A program made the translations under genes and the position numbers. Of a stretch of DNA of 64,000 nucleotides, positions 62,227-64,000 are shown piece by piece. Source of the DNA: a virus; the IMG/VR virus record IMGVR_UViG_3300048577_000133, positions 1 through 64,000 of that record, one strand, 5' to 3'. The first letter of the stretch is position 1. Every line of letters starts with the position of its first letter. Under the pieces are notes generated by a model. It made no database searches, was not told the origin of the DNA, and saw only the letters and a list, made by a program, of their open reading frames with translations.

Positions 62227-62470
62227 TTAAATTTGATGATGATGTTACTGAACCGGCAGGAGAAACAAATCCTGCTGCCGAAACATTGGCCGGGGTTGCC
62301 GCAAATGTGATCGTCTGAATGTAATCACTGATGGCATTTGCTAGTATGTTGGCTTCATTGTTAATCGCATCTGTATCTGTGTTCCCTTCGCTTCCGTCCA
62401 TTACTTTGTTTTCATTCCGGATCTGCTTTATTGCATTTATCAGAATATTAATATTTCCTTTTGTTGCCAT
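62207..62470 (-). CDS. Hypothetical baseplate-module protein (87 aa)
   Basis: Coupled ORF. Confidence 0.45.
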   Translation of the reverse strand: MATKGNINILINAIKQIRNENKVMDGSEGNTDTDAINNEANILANAISDYIQTITFAATPANVSAAGFVSPAGSVTSSSNLIVKPIS

Positions 62471-63126
62471 TATTTGAGAAGTTTTGAAAATTTTGTTTTT
62501 AGCTGGGTTAGTTGCGTCTTTGTTGGTGGAGCAATTGCACCAGGTCCTGATGGAGTGGTTATCACTGCATTTGAAACAATATCAATGAATGTGTTGACCA
62601 AATTAAACATACTTTCACCTCCGGCTTTCATCGAAATGTGATCGTCAAAAGTCAATTCACTGTTTTTTTCGTGTTTTAAGCTTATTTGACCGTTTTTATC
62701 ATCAAGAATAAAGGTTTTCCCCTTTGGGCTTGTGATCGTATAAATTTCGCCGTCTTTTTCATTCAATTCGATCTGAAATCCTTTTACCGTACGTAGTTTC
62801 CAAATTTTTTCGCTTACTCCATTGATTCCGAAACCTTTTGGAATAAACCCATATTGCCACATTGGAAAGCGAACCTTTCCAGAACGAAATGAAATCCAAA
62901 CCGGGTCTCCTTCTTGTGGAATACCATAGAATCCGATTTGCTTACCTGAAAACATACCTTTTGGTAATGCCCATATTTCGGGTTCGTGATCACCAAATAC
63001 TGCCGGACATTTGAATTGTACCCGGCCACGCCCTTCAGGATCATTGTTTTTTGTTATCGTACCTTCGTAATCAGAATAGTAAATTCCAAAATATTCAAGC
63101 CCAAACTTTTTTATTCTTTCGATCAT
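62470..63126 (-). CDS. Baseplate hub/spike protein (gpV / Mu gp45-like)
   Basis: EGTITKNNDPEGRGRVQFKCPAVFG...WALPKGMFSGKQIGFYGIPQEGDPVWISFRSGKVRFPMW. Confidence 0.75.
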   Translation of the reverse strand: MIERIKKFGLEYFGIYYSDYEGTITKNNDPEGRGRVQFKCPAVFGDHEPEIWALPKGMFSGKQIGFYGIPQEGDPVWISFRSGKVRFPMWQYGFIPKGFGINGVSEKIWKLRTVKGFQIELNEKDGEIYTITSPKGKTFILDDKNGQISLKHEKNSELTFDDHISMKAGGESMFNLVNTFIDIVSNAVITTPSGPGAIAPPTKTQLTQLKTKFSKLLK

Positions 63127-64000
63127 TGCTTAACTCCGTTAGCATTGTATTTAACTGTTGTAACCTCTGTTTTTTCCTGTCCCTTATCTTCTCCGATCTT
63201 TGAATTTTTATCTTTTGCTGCTGAGTTCACCGACGCTCCTTTCACATCTGAAGCATTTTTCTTCATTGTAAGTGTTACCTTAAAACTAGGAGAAAAGCCA
63301 TAGCTCACTTTGTCAACTTTCCAATTTCCTGAATGTTTCCGGGCAAATCCCACCAACGTAACAATGTCACCTTTCTTTACTGAAAATGTTCCTTCCATTG
63401 TAAGTGTACCTGTTATACCTTCCAATTGACTATCTTTAACATGTGCATCAAGTTGTTTTTTAGCATCTTCTTTGCTGTCATAAGGCAATACTACATTTCT
63501 TCCCGAATCACTTTTTTTGTCAAGTACATCTCCATTTGAATTGTATAGATAATTTCCTAATGCCGTTTCCTGATCTGTTGCGGCATTAGAATCAACTTTT
63601 ATAACTTTATTCGTTTCCGGATCAATAAAACTTGTACTCATTGATTCCATCGTTTTCGATGAATTTTGGTCAACAGTAAACGAAATTTTGTCATTCCGGT
63701 TAATTTTTAATACCGGTTTTTTTGCAAGGTTTCTTTTTTTAAAGAAAATCGTTTCTCCAGATACAGAACAAAAATAGCTTCCTTCTTTTTCTTCACTACC
63801 TGCTAATCCAGCCAGTTCCTGCAAGAACTGCATGTATGTTTTATTGCCCTGTGCCAGTAATGAAAATTTCTTTGTTGTTGGGTCTCCAATGAATTTTAAC
63901 CCGGCCGCTTTGGCAATTTCTTGAACTGTCTGTGTGATTGTTTTCTGCTTATAAACTTTGTTTGATGTCTGATAAAGATTTCCCATGTCTAACGCTTCAA
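63123..64000 (-). CDS. gpD / late-control-D-like tail protein, 5' end probably beyond the window
   Basis: GDIVTLVGFARKHSGNWKVDKVSY resembles the gpD C-terminus. The frame stays open upstream of ATG 63986 to the window edge. Confidence 0.6.
   Translation of the reverse strand, partial: EALDMGNLYQTSNKVYKQKTITQTVQEIAKAAGLKFIGDPTTKKFSLLAQGNKTYMQFLQELAGLAGSEEKEGSYFCSVSGETIFFKKRNLAKKPVLKINRNDKISFTVDQNSSKTMESMSTSFIDPETNKVIKVDSNAATDQETALGNYLYNSNGDVLDKKSDSGRNVVLPYDSKEDAKKQLDAHVKDSQLEGITGTLTMEGTFSVKKGDIVTLVGFARKHSGNWKVDKVSYGFSPSFKVTLTMKKNASDVKGASVNSAAKDKNSKIGEDKGQEKTEVTTVKYNANGVKQ

Noticed and set aside
7028-62814. Nested minus-strand alternative-frame ORFs (7028..7291, 11118..11369, 20420..20611, 21660..21845, 22365..22559, 32644..32847, 38637..38909, 43238..43444, 46518..47009, 59411..59593, 62814..63044)
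   Set aside because: All are fully contained in longer ORFs that carry the recognisable motifs. Their low-complexity or basic translations are typical of off-frame reading of AT-rich genes.
189-63303. All plus-strand ORFs in the track (e.g. 189..545, 5608..6033, 33517..33939, 51354..51800, 57344..57721)
   Set aside because: Each lies antisense within a longer, motif-supported minus-strand gene or within the Big_2 repeat region. None has a promoter motif or recognisable domain. They are treated as shadow ORFs.
1-64000. Genome-wide reassignment of TAG (code-15-like recoding), prompted by the in-frame TAGs in the DUF2829-like and signal-peptide ORFs
   Set aside because: TAG is the terminal codon of at least 13 well-supported ORFs (stops at 6990, 9166, 9624, 19102, 29776, 30297, 41464, 42846, 44295, 44818, 52300, 59852, 62207). 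In most of these the next gene starts within about 50 nt (a 1-nt overlap at 9624 and 59852), or a terminator follows. TAG therefore functions as a stop here, and only isolated readthrough, suppression or pseudogenisation remains plausible.

Overview
AT-rich window (roughly 35-37% GC by eye) that is almost entirely coding, with every credible gene on the minus strand. It reads as one large contractile-tailed phage genome of a Bacteroidota-type host, judged from TAnnTTTG -7 boxes and mostly SD-less A-rich leaders. In transcription order (high to low coordinates) it contains: a baseplate, tail-fibre and lysis block (64000-54865); a replication/recombination block (54408-42013: SNF2 helicase, Sak4-like ATPase, PD-(D/E)XK nuclease, DnaC-like loader, RuvC-like resolvase, ParB-like protein, SMC-like ATPase, SSB); small early genes including a DUF2829/Tad2-like gene broken by an in-frame TAG; terS-terL (39312-36731); a DNA-methylation/accessory block with two tRNA-like elements; a complete plasmid-type replicon (ParA, RHH partner, iterons, Rep_3; 27554-25004); a multi-TRD C5-methyltransferase, three HNH genes and an SNF2-like / IbrA-IbrB-like block; and a head module (12807-2755) followed by a large Big_2-repeat protein that runs off the left edge. 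I saw no integrase. The main leads are the phage-plasmid architecture, a roughly 25-bp extended promoter reused at least 13 times with ACAC-repeat leaders, isolated in-frame amber codons, aberrant tRNA-like RNAs, and a heavy load of DNA-modification and anti-defence candidates. All functional calls rest on motifs read by eye, not on database searches.
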